A DNA stretch of 63,913 nt, counting the filler, from Octopus bimaculoides (Eukaryota), in NCBI RefSeq assembly GCF_001194135.2. It is 5 parts of 5 records of this genome, joined end to end, with 100 filler letters (N's around TTAATTAATTAA, not from the genome) between each part and the next. Parts side by side here need not be neighbours in the genome. Positions count along the whole stretch, not along the records: positions 57,756 to 63,913 come from NC_068982.1; 4 more parts are not named here. One strand, 5' to 3'. Below are positions 62,859 through 63,913 of this stretch, piece by piece; positions within the stretch are counted from its first letter, which is position 1, and every line of letters starts with the position of its first letter. Under the pieces are notes generated by a model that worked only from the letters and a program-made list of their open reading frames with translations, made no database searches and had not been told where the DNA came from. A program made the translations under genes and the position numbers.

Positions 62859-63311
62859 AAGGCGGCGAGCTGGCAGAAACGTTAACGCGCCGGACGAAAT
62901 GCTTAGCGGTATTTCGTCTGCCGCTTCGTTCTGAGTTCAAATTCCGCCGAGGTCAACTTTGCCATTCATCCTTTCGGGATCGATAAATTAAGTACCAGTT
63001 ACGCACTGGGGTCGATGTAATCGACTTAATCCCTTTGTCTGCCCTTGTTTGTCCCCTCTATGTTTAGCCCCTTGTGGGCAATAAAGAAATAAGAAACGTT
63101 AGCACGCCTGGCGAAATGCTTAGCGGTATTTCGTCTGCCGTTACGTTCTGAGTTCTAATTCCGCCGAGGTCGACTTTGCCTTTCATCCTTTCGGGATCGA
63201 TAAATTAAGTACCAGTTACGCACTGGGGTCGATGTAATCGACTTAATCCCTTTTTCTGTCCTTGTTAGTCCCCTTTATGTTTAGCCCCTTGTGAGCAATA
63301 AAGAAATAAGA
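62859..63311 (+). mobile_element. Tandem pair of young family-B SINEs (62859-63094; 63092-63311)
   Basis: Two ~220-bp highly similar units joined through agaaac/aga microhomology; the second lacks the first ~16 nt. Confidence 0.9.
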
Positions 63312-63913
63312 CTGGAATTACGTGGCCAGGCAGTTCTGGTGCCCATTAACGACGGTTCCCGTCTTCTACGATTTATATATGTGTTTTTATGCACTATACG
63401 TCTTTATGAGAGGACCTCTCAAGGCAAATGCCGCTGTGTTCAGCGTTCTAACAAGGCATCTACATTAAGTTGGATATAAAGATTGCTGTAAGGTAATGCT
63501 TTAAAATAGGTGTGTTAAAATAACCGTTGCGTTTAAAATGGCAGGGAAATAAATATATTTATTTATACAATAAGTTTACGCAGAATATATCTGCATTTTT
63601 ACCTGTAGAGTAATATAACTGGTGAAAATCAACGAGGGAACCTCTTTGTGGCTGCTCGACATGCGAGAAAGAGACCCGACCTTCCAATTTGGAAAAACTG
63701 GCAAAGGCGATACAAGATTATTTTGTTGTAAATATTCCTAAAATGACGGAATGGTTTTAATCATAGGCATGCTTGATCAGAGTTAACCTGGACCTTAATA
63801 GCAGCAACAGCAGCATCAGTGACTACGAAAACGATGTCACAATCACATGTTGTTGCAGCTGCGGTTGTTATATATATATGCTCAAATACACACACACACG
63901 CACTATATATATA

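Overview
Eukaryotic, AT-rich, microsatellite- and transposon-saturated draft genomic DNA with many N gaps. The SINE/LINE families and repeat make-up suggest a coleoid cephalopod, probably Octopus (inference). The only host gene I can support is a partial, minus-strand ORC4 (origin recognition complex subunit 4). It has five contiguous in-frame GT-AG exons (36472-36324, 34254-34081, 33296-33210, 31816-31708, 30960-30865; 615 nt) covering Walker B, sensor 1, the arginine finger and the start of the C-terminal domain. Its 5' and 3' exons are not visible. The rest is mobile-element debris: RTE, CR1-like, R4/Dong-like and Tx1/L1-like non-LTR fragments, a Penelope-like fragment and pseudo-LTR remnants with hammerhead-ribozyme-like motifs, mariner and Tc1 transposase relics, MITEs, and several tRNA-derived SINE families. 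Most long ORFs in the supplied track are artefacts of N runs or microsatellites. No rRNA, bona fide tRNA or CRISPR was found, and I cannot claim a new biological system with confidence. The most interesting signals are variant hammerhead motifs, a possible ORC4 poison micro-exon, SINEs nested at the A-box of older SINEs, and microsatellite-associated R4/Dong-like insertions.
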